DNA of 64,000 bases from NCBI GenBank assembly GCA_965223545.1, contig OZ245006.1, forward strand, positions 4,704,001 through 4,768,000. Direction: 5' to 3'. This DNA is from Planctomycetota bacterium (GTDB lineage: Bacteria; Planctomycetota; UBA1135; UBA2386). The notes beneath the pieces are model-generated. The model did no database searches and had not been told where the DNA came from. It worked only from the letters and a program-made list of their open reading frames with translations. Position 1 is the first letter of the stretch, and each line of letters opens with the position of its first letter. Of this stretch, positions 26,828 to 35,775 are shown piece by piece. Position numbers and translations under genes: made by a program.

Positions 26828-27134
26828 CCGGTTCGTGGGTGCGTCGGTGGCGTTGTTCCCTGCGCCGACCGCGGCATGGTAGCCGACAACCTTGGCTTGT
26901 GCGGCTGTTCAGGATCTCGGAAACCGGTGACTTGCGATTCCCGCACCGACGGTTCGTTGCGTCGGCATTGGCTCTGTCGGCGTGTTTGACGAGGGCGCCG
27001 CGCAGCACTGACGGCCGGAAGTGCGCGGCGCGACGCCAGCGGACTGGCGTCCCTAGCGGCCCGTTCCCGCGGTCCGGCAGCGACTTTCCTTCGCGGCTGC
27101 GCGCCGCGGTGGCGACCGATGGCGCGCAGTCCGG

Positions 27135-29750
27135 TCAGCGCCCGCGACGGGCCTGGATCGCGGCCCGCGTCTCGCGGTCGGTGACTTCCAGCAGGGCGCG
27201 GTAGCGCGCGATCTCGTCGTCGTTGCCCTTGACGAGGTCCATTGCCATGCGGATGACCAGTGCGCGCAGCATCCCCATGGCTTCGGCGTCGATGCCCTCT
27301 GCCGGCAGCAATCCCCACAGCATGCCCAGGAAGTGGGGCTCCAGCACCGAGCCTTGCATCAGCAGCATTTGCATGCCGTGCGCGGCGGCTTGCTCGTCAT
27401 CGGCGCCCCGTAGCCCTCTGGCGATGTCGGCGTACACCTGCGACCGCTTTCGGTAGGTGGCCGGCGCGTGCGCGGCGGCGTGTTCGTAGTGCTCGGCGGC
27501 TTGTTGGGCGTGCGCGCCATCGATGGTGCCGAGCTCGTTCCTGGCGTGGACCACTTGCATCAGCCGGATCGAGCCGAGCAGGTAGGGCTTCTTCCAGCGC
27601 AAGCCCTCGAAGTCTTGCTCCGCGGCTGGCACCGCGACGGCGGCTGCCAGGTCGTAGGCCCGGTCGAACTCGCCGCGGTCGCGATGCAGCTGGGCGAGTG
27701 AGTACATCGAGTTCCAGAAGTGTGGCCGCACGGCCACGGCTTGGCGCAGGTACTCCTCGGCCAGGTCGAGGTCGCCCTGCCGGCGATGGACGATGCCGAG
27801 ATTGAGCAGCGGCCCGTGGCGGTCGGGGCGCAGCGCGAGCGACTCCTCCAGCGCCGTCTCGGCCTCGTCGTAGCGGCCCAACGACAGCAGTGCCGTGCCC
27901 ACCGCGAAGCGCGTGCGCGCGGTGGGACGGCCGTAGCGCCCCTCGAGCTGCAGCGCCTCGGTCAGCAGCGGGCCGAATTGTTGGCGCGCGAGCAGCACGA
28001 TGAGGTGCAGGTCGCGCGCCGGCAGGTAGTGCTGCAGAGCCGGCGCCAGGGCGGCCTCGGCGCGCTCCGCAAAGCCCGGGACGTGCCGGTTGCGCAGCTC
28101 GTGAAACGCTTGCACGTAGCGCTCGGCGTGGCTGCGCGGCGCTGGTAGCTCGTCGAAGCGCACCGCTTCGGTGCCACGGTCGCCGGCCGGAACCGCCAGA
28201 TAGCGCTGCGCCAGCGCGCGGAAGTACTCGCTCTCGTTCTGCTCGGCCAGGATCTCGAAGTCCGCCGCCGCGGCGTTGGCGGTGCCCTGGTCGAGATGGA
28301 TCGCGGCGCGCCACAGTCGCGCAGGCAGGTCGTGGGGAGCCAGCTCGAGCAGCTCGGTCAGCAGAGCGATCTGCTCTTCGTGCTCGGTGGATAGGCTCGC
28401 GACCAGGCGTTGCGAAGGCTGGCCTTCGACGCAGAGATGGGCGGGCAGGGTGGCGTGGATCTCGTCGACGCGCTCGGCGTCACGCCGCGCTTGCGCGTCG
28501 CTCAGCAGCCATAGCGTCACGGGGGCGAGAACGGCGGTGAGGCCGAGGCCGGCAACCGCCGCAGCCCGCGCTGGCCGACGCTGCACCCGGCGCCAGGCGC
28601 GGCCCCAGCGGGTGATCGGCCGGGCCCGCACCGGTAGGTGGGCGAGGAACGCCTGGAGATCGTCGCGCAGGGCCGGCATCGCCGGGTAGCGGCGGCCGGG
28701 GGCGCGCTCCATGCCATGATCGATGATCGCCGCCAGGTCGCGCGGCAGCCGCGGGGTCAGCGCCGATGCCGGCACCGGGTCCTCGGTGACCAGTCGGTGC
28801 AGTACTTCGTGCACGTCGCCGAAGAACGGTGGCCGGCCGGCGACAAGGTGGTAGAGCGTCGCCATCAGGCTCCACACGTCGCCGCTGGCGTCGGGCTGCC
28901 ACTGGCCGGCGGCTTGCTCGGGCGGCATGTACCACGGAGTGCCCAGCACCGTCTCGCTCGCCGTCAGGCGACCGTCATCCGGGCGCGCGGCGATGCCGAA
29001 ATCGAGCAGCACAGCACGGTAGTCGGCGACGATGAAGATGTTGGATGGCTTGATGTCGCGGTGGAAAACGCCGCGCGCGTGCGCGGTCGCGAGGCCGTCC
29101 GCGAGCTCGGCCGCCCAGCGCGCCGCGAGCCGCCGCCACGAGCTCTCGGGAGGTAGTGTGTCGAGCAACGCGGCGACCCAGCGGGTGTCGTCGTCACCGG
29201 CCGTGCCGTTCAACCGCGCCTCGCGCTCGGCGAGCAGCGCCGAAAGGGAGACGCCGGCCAGCTCCTCCATGACCAAGAATGGCAGCCCGGCGTCGCTGCG
29301 GCCCCGATCGAAGACGGCGACGATGTGGGGATGCTGCAGCGTCGCCAACAGCTCGGCCTCGCGCGCGAAGCGCTGCTCGGCGATCTCGTCGGGAAAGGCG
29401 CGCGCCATCACTTTGACGGCGACGTCGCGCTTCAGCTCGAGATCGTGGGCGCGATAGACCGCGCCCATCGCGCCCATTCCCAGGCGCTCTTGCAAGCGGT
29501 AGCGGCCCGAGAGCAGCTCGCCGGCGAGCGGATCGACGGTGTTGGCGTCGCGAAGCAGGGTGGCATCGCCGAGCTGGAGCGCGTCGCGCAGCGGGTCGAT
29601 CAGCTCGGGGTGCGACGCGCACAGGCGGTGGGGATCGACGGCTTCGCCCTGCTCGATCAGCGTCATTGCCTCGCGCAGATAGCGCGCCAGCAGCGTCTCG
29701 TCCCCCGCGATCGGAGCGTCGTCGCCTGGCTCACGTGTGGGAGGGCCCAT
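27135..29750 (-). CDS. Ser/Thr protein kinase with TM segment and C-terminal TPR repeats
   Basis: LGMGAMGAVY, VAVK, HRDIKPSN, DFG, GTPWYMPPE and DVWSL; TPR-like 'LLNLGIVHRRQGDLDLAEEYLRQA'. Confidence 0.92.
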   Translation of the reverse strand: MGPPTREPGDDAPIAGDETLLARYLREAMTLIEQGEAVDPHRLCASHPELIDPLRDALQLGDATLLRDANTVDPLAGELLSGRYRLQERLGMGAMGAVYRAHDLELKRDVAVKVMARAFPDEIAEQRFAREAELLATLQHPHIVAVFDRGRSDAGLPFLVMEELAGVSLSALLAEREARLNGTAGDDDTRWVAALLDTLPPESSWRRLAARWAAELADGLATAHARGVFHRDIKPSNIFIVADYRAVLLDFGIAARPDDGRLTASETVLGTPWYMPPEQAAGQWQPDASGDVWSLMATLYHLVAGRPPFFGDVHEVLHRLVTEDPVPASALTPRLPRDLAAIIDHGMERAPGRRYPAMPALRDDLQAFLAHLPVRARPITRWGRAWRRVQRRPARAAAVAGLGLTAVLAPVTLWLLSDAQARRDAERVDEIHATLPAHLCVEGQPSQRLVASLSTEHEEQIALLTELLELAPHDLPARLWRAAIHLDQGTANAAAADFEILAEQNESEYFRALAQRYLAVPAGDRGTEAVRFDELPAPRSHAERYVQAFHELRNRHVPGFAERAEAALAPALQHYLPARDLHLIVLLARQQFGPLLTEALQLEGRYGRPTARTRFAVGTALLSLGRYDEAETALEESLALRPDRHGPLLNLGIVHRRQGDLDLAEEYLRQAVAVRPHFWNSMYSLAQLHRDRGEFDRAYDLAAAVAVPAAEQDFEGLRWKKPYLLGSIRLMQVVHARNELGTIDGAHAQQAAEHYEHAAAHAPATYRKRSQVYADIARGLRGADDEQAAAHGMQMLLMQGSVLEPHFLGMLWGLLPAEGIDAEAMGMLRALVIRMAMDLVKGNDDEIARYRALLEVTDRETRAAIQARRGR

Positions 29751-29821
29751 CGCCCCGTCATACCACGACCGGGCCACGGACAGGGAGCGCCACCGCGAGA
29801 GCTCGGGAACTCGTTCTTGGG

Positions 29822-30772
29822 TCAGAGGGTCTGTTCGTCATACCTCGCGCGAGCCTCGCGCAGGAGCCGCTCCCAGTCGAACGCCGGCCCTGGATCCTGC
29901 TTGTTGGTCTGCACGTGGTAGTGGCCGACGATGCCGGAGAACGCGTGGAGGGCGTCGGGTTCCATCCGTTCGGCGGTGACGTTGCCGTCGGCTCCGCGCG
30001 GGATCTGCAGCTCCACCTTGGGCAGGACACGGGCCAGCGTCGCGGTCAGTCTCGCCAGGGCCTCGTACTGCTGCGGCGTGAAGTCGAACTGATAGACCTC
30101 GCGACCGTTGATCGTGCCGCGGTGCAGGGTGTCCGTCGCGGGGCGCGGCACGAACTCCGGTGTGCGCACACCCGGGTCGCCGAGGAACGCCGGATAGCGG
30201 ATGAAGCGTCCGGCCGCATCCTCGTCGTACCACCGCCGCATCGCCGGATGCCCGGGCTGCGGATAGGCGCCCGGGTGCGCGATCTCGATGCCGATGGAGT
30301 GGTCGTTGGCGATGGTTGCGTGCCAGGCGCGTTCCTGCAGGTCCAGCGTCTGGTAGAGCGTGCCGTCGACGTCGAGCATGAAGTGCACCGACAGGTTGCG
30401 TTCGTCTTGCAGCACCTTGAAGCACTGTCGGGAGACACCGGCGACGTCGTAGTGCAGGACGAACAGGTGGACGACCGCGCGCAGGTCCTCGAGGGTCCAG
30501 CCGCGTTCGGCGACGCGCGCGGCGATCGGGGCGGGCAGGTTGCGGCGTGTGCCGTAGCGGCGGCTCTCGGTTTCGTCGGCGCGCAGCGGTCGGAAACGCG
30601 GCACCGTGGAGTAGGCGTCGTAGCCACCGGGGTCGGTCCACAGCACCACCGGCGTGCCGGTGTGGAAGCGCTGGCCGCAGACTACGATCTCGTCGCCTAC
30701 GGTCGCTGTGGCATGGCAACCGGCGAGTGCTGCGGCGAGCAGCGCCGCGCAGATCTGCGCTCCGCGGTTCAA
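29822..30772 (-). CDS. N-acetylmuramoyl-L-alanine amidase (Amidase_2), probable lipoprotein
   Basis: 'FVLHYD', 'LSVHFMLDVDG', 'RAWHA', 'SIGIEI' and 'GHY...KQDPG'. Lipobox 'LAGC'. The TTG start at 30772 overlaps the upstream TGA. Confidence 0.88.
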   Translation of the reverse strand: MNRGAQICAALLAAALAGCHATATVGDEIVVCGQRFHTGTPVVLWTDPGGYDAYSTVPRFRPLRADETESRRYGTRRNLPAPIAARVAERGWTLEDLRAVVHLFVLHYDVAGVSRQCFKVLQDERNLSVHFMLDVDGTLYQTLDLQERAWHATIANDHSIGIEIAHPGAYPQPGHPAMRRWYDEDAAGRFIRYPAFLGDPGVRTPEFVPRPATDTLHRGTINGREVYQFDFTPQQYEALARLTATLARVLPKVELQIPRGADGNVTAERMEPDALHAFSGIVGHYHVQTNKQDPGPAFDWERLLREARARYDEQTL

Positions 30773-31440
30773 CGGCGGCCGGCCACGGCGGCGCCGAGCG
30801 CACCGAACAAGCCACCGGCGATGACCGTGAAGATTGGCCAGATGGTGAGCTGAGGCGTGCACAACGCGAACAGCAACTCGTTGCCTTCAGCGGCGGGGAC
30901 GCCGACGGGCAGCTTGGTGTAGTGCGTGTCCCAACCGTTCTCCAGTGCTAGCCACGTGACGATGACGACGGGGATGCGTGCCGCGAATCCGTAGAGCAAC
31001 AGTGTTCGACCCAGGCGCCACCACGCCGACATGCCGACGAACAGGCTGATCACCGCGAGCAGCAGGAGATAGCCGAGGCCGCGGGGTTCGCCCGGGTTGT
31101 CGGCATCCGGTGTGAACACCAAGCCGAGTGCCGACAGACCGAAGAAGCCGCCGATCACGATGGCGAGTGCGACGATGAGCCTCACGAAGACCGCAGGTAG
31201 GTGATCCGGCTCGCCGTAGGCGCGGCGCAGCTTGAAGCCGAACCAGAAGCCGAACACGGGAATGAGCCAGGAGATTCCGACCCAGCCCGGCTTGGGTTCG
31301 CCGCCGGGCGCGACGTTGCTGAACAGCTGGTCGTTCCAACCCTGCAGCTCACCGACGAGCCGCAAAATGGTGACGACGAGCGAGATCAGCGCCGGGATGG
31401 CGATCAGCGACCAGGTCGAGGGGCGCGACTTGTCTGACAT
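30769..31440 (-). CDS. Hypothetical integral membrane protein (~6 TM)
   Basis: Alternating hydrophobic helices; translationally coupled to the amidase. Confidence 0.75.
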   Translation of the reverse strand: MSDKSRPSTWSLIAIPALISLVVTILRLVGELQGWNDQLFSNVAPGGEPKPGWVGISWLIPVFGFWFGFKLRRAYGEPDHLPAVFVRLIVALAIVIGGFFGLSALGLVFTPDADNPGEPRGLGYLLLLAVISLFVGMSAWWRLGRTLLLYGFAARIPVVIVTWLALENGWDTHYTKLPVGVPAAEGNELLFALCTPQLTIWPIFTVIAGGLFGALGAAVAGRR

Positions 31441-31509
31441 GAGGCGGCACGATAGAGGAGAGTCCGTGCCCCAGCCAACGCAATGGGGCTTTCGTCACTT
31501 GGAGCGCAC

Positions 31510-31728
31510 ATGCACGTCGAGATCGAGTACTGCGGGGTTTGAGGCTTCGAGCCGCAGGCGACCAGTTTGGCCGCCGCCATCCACGGAGAGTTCCCCGACG
31601 CCGAGGTCCAGCTGATTCGAGGCGGCGGCGGTGTGTTCACCGTCGAGGTCGAGGGCCGCCGGCTGTGGGACAAGAAGCAGAGCGGGCGGTTTCCCGAGGA
31701 TGACGAAATCCTGCGTGAGCTGCGCTGA
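31510..31728 (+). CDS. SelW/SelT/SelH (Rdx family) selenoprotein, 72 aa, Sec at TGA 31540-31542
   Basis: Reads MHVEIEYCGV-U-GFEPQATSLAAAIHGEFPDAEVQLIRGGGGVFTVEVEGRRLWDKKQSGRFPEDDEILRELR. It has CxxU, the 'GGVFxV' motif and 'KK..GRFP' typical of Rdx proteins, with a GGAG RBS at 31501. Absent from the ORF track. Confidence 0.9.
31554..31577 (+). promoter_or_regulatory. Putative bacterial SECIS hairpin
   Basis: GC-A-GGCG-A-CCA-[GTT]-TGG-C-CGCC-GC. The apical loop starts with G and lies 22 nt after the UGA. Confidence 0.65.
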
Positions 31729-31804
31729 TGCGGACCGGCGCCGCGTGGGTGTCTCGAGTGCCGTTGTCTCGAGTGGAGGGGCCTCGGTCGCCGATGGAAG
31801 GCAC

Positions 31805-32029
31805 ATGGGCGCGCTGCAAGCGGTTGGTTTGGCGGTGCTCGTCGTCTGTAGCCTCGGCTGGGCCGGGGCCGTGGCGCGGCGGCTGCCATCCGATCTGAGC
31901 GACTACCGCACAGGTGATGATGCCGATCGCATCGCGATCGGCGTTCACTGGGTCATCGCGGTCTTGGCGTTGCTGGTGGGGATTGGCCTGGGCTGGCCGT
32001 TCGTCCACCAGCTCGTCGCCGCGCTTTAG
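31805..32029 (+). CDS. Small two-TM membrane protein (74 aa)
   Basis: ATG 31805 follows GGAAGG; two hydrophobic helices flank a short acidic loop. Confidence 0.6.
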   Translation: MGALQAVGLAVLVVCSLGWAGAVARRLPSDLSDYRTGDDADRIAIGVHWVIAVLALLVGIGLGWPFVHQLVAAL

Positions 32030-32079
32030 ACAGGTCCCCCGCCAGCGCCGTGGGCGGAGCGCGTATCGTGCGCGATTGC

Positions 32080-32949
32080 ATGAAGAACGCGCTCCACGTC
32101 ATCCTTTTCGCCACAGCGGCGGCGGCGCCGATGGTGGCGCAAGCCACCGAGGTCCAACGGGTCGTGTTGCCGCACGCGACCGAGCCCGAGAAGCAGGTCG
32201 AGTACTTCTGGCACGCGCCCGAGGGCGAAGGGCCGTGGCCGGTGCTGTTGTTCGTGCACGGCCACCAGTCCGGCCGCGAGCGGCCCGGGGCCAAGGCCTA
32301 CGTCGATCGAGGCTACCTGCGGCGCGCAGCCGCCGATGGGATGCTCGCCTGCGCGGTCTCCATGTCCGGCTACGGCGCCAGCGATGGCCCGCCGGACTTC
32401 TGCGGCCCCCGCACACAAGGTGCAGTGGCGACGGTGCTGCAGCACCTGCGTGAACGCGACGACGTGCGGGCCACGCGCATCGTCCTCTACGGCTATAGCC
32501 GGGGCGCGGCCGTCGCGGGCATGGTCGCGGCGACGGACCCGAAGCTGGCGGGCGTCATCTTGGGGGCCGGCATCTACGACGTCGCCGCGGGCTTGCGCAG
32601 CTTGGGTGACAGCGAGCGCGAAGCACGCATGCGCACCAATGTCCTGACGGAATCGGGCGGGACGGAAGCCGCGTTCCGCGAGCGCTCGGTACTGCACGCG
32701 GAACCCACGATCCGGGTGCCCACCCTGATCCTGCACGGCGAGGACGACTCCAATTGTCCGGTGCAACAGGCGCGCGACCTTGCCGAGCGGCTGCGCGCGG
32801 CGGGGACCCCGGTGACTTTGAAGGTGTTTGCCGGCGTCGGACACGGCATCCCTTCCGCCAAGAGTCGACCGTTCACCGACGCGTTCCTCGCTGACAGAGC
32901 GCGCACCGATCCGGCGGAAGAGCCGCGACCGACTTCGGCAGGTCCGTGA
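32080..32949 (+). CDS. Secreted alpha/beta hydrolase (S9/dienelactone hydrolase-like)
   Basis: 'PVLLFVHG', nucleophile elbow GYSRG, 'PTLILHGEDD' and 'GVGHG'; signal peptide. Confidence 0.88.
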   Translation: MKNALHVILFATAAAAPMVAQATEVQRVVLPHATEPEKQVEYFWHAPEGEGPWPVLLFVHGHQSGRERPGAKAYVDRGYLRRAAADGMLACAVSMSGYGASDGPPDFCGPRTQGAVATVLQHLRERDDVRATRIVLYGYSRGAAVAGMVAATDPKLAGVILGAGIYDVAAGLRSLGDSEREARMRTNVLTESGGTEAAFRERSVLHAEPTIRVPTLILHGEDDSNCPVQQARDLAERLRAAGTPVTLKVFAGVGHGIPSAKSRPFTDAFLADRARTDPAEEPRPTSAGP

Positions 32950-32998
32950 GGTCGGATCTCCTGCTGGATCGGCGAGGTCGTGTCGTATCGTCGGGACG

Positions 32999-33430
32999 AT
33001 GAGCGGCTGCGATCTCCGTCATGCGTGCCCGGCCTCTGTCCTGAGTGCCGCGCTCTTGTTCAGCGCCGGCTGCGAAGCGCCGCCCGCTTCCCGTGCGATG
33101 TTGGGACAGTGGAAGCTCGCGCCGACCACGTTCGAGACCTGGGACGAATACCAGGTCGCCTCGGAGTCGATCCGGCAAATGTGGTCGTCGATGCTGGACG
33201 AGATGCGCTTCGATCTCGAGGTCACCGCCGACTTATTGGTGCTGGAGCACTCCCTGCGCGGACCGACGCAGACCGAGTCGTATGCCTACACCATCACGGA
33301 AGAAGCGGGAGACAAGGTGGTGCTCCAGTTGGGCGACGACCCGCGGAACCGCGCGACTGTGCGCGTCGTCGGTGACTTGATGCTGCTGACGACGGTCAAT
33401 GCCGAGAAGCTGCCTCTGCGGCGCAAGTAG
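32999..33430 (+). CDS. Hypothetical lipoprotein (lipocalin-like)
   Basis: Lipobox 'FSAGC', 'MLGQWKL' and beta-strand-rich content. Confidence 0.55.
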   Translation: MSGCDLRHACPASVLSAALLFSAGCEAPPASRAMLGQWKLAPTTFETWDEYQVASESIRQMWSSMLDEMRFDLEVTADLLVLEHSLRGPTQTESYAYTITEEAGDKVVLQLGDDPRNRATVRVVGDLMLLTTVNAEKLPLRRK

Positions 33431-33573
33431 GAGCTCGACGCGGGGGGCGTCGGTGTGGTGGGATGCCACAAACACGGTGAGCGCGCGCTCTCGTTTAGCG
33501 CTACTCTGTGACCGCCCACGTCGGGCACTCCTCCATTCCTCGACCCGCATCGCAAGCCAACCGCGGCAACTCC

Positions 33574-34251
33574 ATGGAGCAAGCACAAAAGTCCCCGCCA
33601 CCGGCGATGATGCCGGACTGGAAGCTCGACAACTACGGTTCGGCGCGCGGCGCGACCGCCTACAAGTCGGATTGGGATGCCAAGCTGCACCGGCGCGTGT
33701 CCAACCGGCGCGAGCAGCGCATCTACGCCCAACTGCTCGCCGAGATCGGGCACTCCCGCTCGCTGCTCGATCTGCCGAGTGGGCATGGGCGGTTGTTCCC
33801 GATGCTGGCCGCGCATGCCGATCGCGTGATCGAGGGGGACTGGTCGTTCACCATGCTCGGGCTCAATGCCCGCGATCACGATCGGGCGGCCGCCGGCTAC
33901 GTGCGCTGTTCGGCGCTCGAGATCCCGCTTGCCGACCGCGTCGTAGAGACCGTCTTCTCGATCCGGCTGTCGCACCACTTCGATCGGCAGGAGGATCGCG
34001 AGCAGCATCTGCGCGAGGTGATGCGCGTCGCCGACCGCTGGGTGGTGGTCACCTTCTTCTCGTTCCACTCGCTGAAGAACGCGCTGCGCCGGCTGCGGGC
34101 GCCGTTCAACCGCAAGCGCGCCAAGAACACGCTGCGCACGGCGCGCGTCGCCGAGGTCGCGGCGGACTGCGGCTACCGGATGGTGCGCACCCTGCCGCTG
34201 TCGCGGTTGGGTTCCGGTCACGTCTTCGCTCTGTTGCAGCGACAGGAGTAG
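33574..34251 (+). CDS. Class I SAM-dependent methyltransferase
   Basis: 'LLDLPSGHGR', 'DWSFTML', 'SALEIPL', 'IRLSHHF' and 'LREVMRVA'. Confidence 0.85.
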   Translation: MEQAQKSPPPAMMPDWKLDNYGSARGATAYKSDWDAKLHRRVSNRREQRIYAQLLAEIGHSRSLLDLPSGHGRLFPMLAAHADRVIEGDWSFTMLGLNARDHDRAAAGYVRCSALEIPLADRVVETVFSIRLSHHFDRQEDREQHLREVMRVADRWVVVTFFSFHSLKNALRRLRAPFNRKRAKNTLRTARVAEVAADCGYRMVRTLPLSRLGSGHVFALLQRQE

Positions 34252-34265
34252 AGGCGCGGTCGACC

Positions 34266-35084
34266 TCAGGCGTCGCGGGCGACGGCCCAGACATCCTGCC
34301 GGCACATCCACGCCGCGGGTGCGTGCAGGACGAGGCGCACTCCGATCAACGCCGCGAGCTGCGTGCGGACCCAATCCGGCGCGGCGACCGCGCGGCCGTA
34401 GACCTGGCCGCTGTCGGTCTGCTGGGGGTAGGCCCCGAAGCCGAAGCCGTCGCGGGCATAGTCGTCGAGCATCGCGGCGCAGGTCTCCGGGCGCAGCCCA
34501 CCGTGCTCGCCGGCGCGGGCGAGGGCGGCGACCAGCGGCCCGGCCGAGGTCAACACCAGCACGCCGCCCGGTGCCAGGGCACGCGCCAAGCGCGCCAGGA
34601 ACGGCTGCCACGCGGTCGCCGCGAAGTGGGTGAACAGCGAGCCGACCCAGATCAGGTCGAAGCCATCGGGCAGCGCGATGGCGTCGGGGTCGGCGGCACC
34701 GTATACCCCACGGGCGCGAAACCGCGCGGCGCAGTAGTCCACGCCGCCGCGGTCGAGATCGCACGCGACGAGCTCGGCGTCCGGCAGGGCGGCGCGCAGG
34801 GCGCGCAACACGCGGCCGTGGCCACACGGGAGGTCCAGCACTTGCCGCAGGCTGTCGGGCTTGCGCTCCGCCGCCAGCGTCGCCACTTCGATCCAGTGCA
34901 AGGCGGACAGTCCGGTCAGTAGGTAGTCGTCGAGGTCGCCCGCGAACATCTCGTCTCCCGCGGCGATGTCGCGGTCCACATCGACGAACCGGTGGCGAGC
35001 CAAGAACTCGCAGTGGGGGCGGCGGCGCCGCAGGATGCCGGCGCGGAGCGCGGCGAGGTCGGCGTCGTCGTGGGGCGTCGGCAT
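34266..35084 (-). CDS. Class I SAM-dependent methyltransferase
   Basis: 'VLDLPCGHGRV', 'FDLIWVGSLFTH' and 'LAPGGVLVLT'. Confidence 0.85.
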   Translation of the reverse strand: MPTPHDDADLAALRAGILRRRRPHCEFLARHRFVDVDRDIAAGDEMFAGDLDDYLLTGLSALHWIEVATLAAERKPDSLRQVLDLPCGHGRVLRALRAALPDAELVACDLDRGGVDYCAARFRARGVYGAADPDAIALPDGFDLIWVGSLFTHFAATAWQPFLARLARALAPGGVLVLTSAGPLVAALARAGEHGGLRPETCAAMLDDYARDGFGFGAYPQQTDSGQVYGRAVAAPDWVRTQLAALIGVRLVLHAPAAWMCRQDVWAVARDA

Positions 35085-35157
35085 GGAGCGGTGGCAGCGG
35101 GCTTGCTGGCGGGGTTGGCCCCGCAGCGGTTGCTTTGGCATGATCAGAACTCCACGC

Positions 35158-35754
35158 ATGCAGCGCGCCAAGTCCGTCGACGAGTATCTCGAGATCCACG
35201 CCGAGTGGTCGGCCGAGCTCAGCAAGCTGCGCGGCATCCTCACCGCTTCCGAGCTCGAAGAAGAGGTCAAGTGGGGCGCGCCGTGCTACACGCTCTCGGG
35301 CAAGAACGTGGTCGGTCTGGGCGCGTTCCAGCAGCACGTGGCGCTCTGGTTCCACCAGGGCGTCTATCTGCAGGACAAAGACGGCGTGCTGATCAACGCG
35401 CAGGAGGGAACGACCAAGGCACTGCGCCAGTGGCGGTTTCGCCGCGCGCGCGACATCCCCGTCCGGCGGGTCACAGCCTACGTGCGAGAGGCTATCGAGA
35501 ACCAGCGGCAGGGCCGCGCGCTGCGACCTCAGGCGAAGAAGGCAATCGCGTTGCCGCCGGAGTTGCGCCGCGCGCTGCGTGGCCGTGCCGCTGCCGAGCG
35601 CGCGTTCGCCGCGTTGACGCCGGGCCGCCGGCGCGAGTACGCCGAGTACGTGGCCAGTGCCAAGCGCGCGGAGACCAAGGCCTCTCGAGTGGCCAAGGTG
35701 CTGCCGATGATCGAGGCTGGCTTCGGCCTCAACGACCGCTATCGCGACTGCTGA
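35158..35754 (+). CDS. YdeI/OmpD-associated family protein (DUF1801 + OmdA domains)
   Basis: 'LEEEVKWGAPCY', 'LWFHQG' and 'FAALTPGRRREYAEYVASAKRAETK'. Confidence 0.88.
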   Translation: MQRAKSVDEYLEIHAEWSAELSKLRGILTASELEEEVKWGAPCYTLSGKNVVGLGAFQQHVALWFHQGVYLQDKDGVLINAQEGTTKALRQWRFRRARDIPVRRVTAYVREAIENQRQGRALRPQAKKAIALPPELRRALRGRAAAERAFAALTPGRRREYAEYVASAKRAETKASRVAKVLPMIEAGFGLNDRYRDC

Positions 35755-35775
35755 GCCGCCGAGTGCAGTGGTCGT

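Noticed and set aside
26828..27134. Attachment site or mobile-element end flanking the defence-type gene
   Set aside because: I found no integrase, tRNA or convincing direct repeat matching the other flank.
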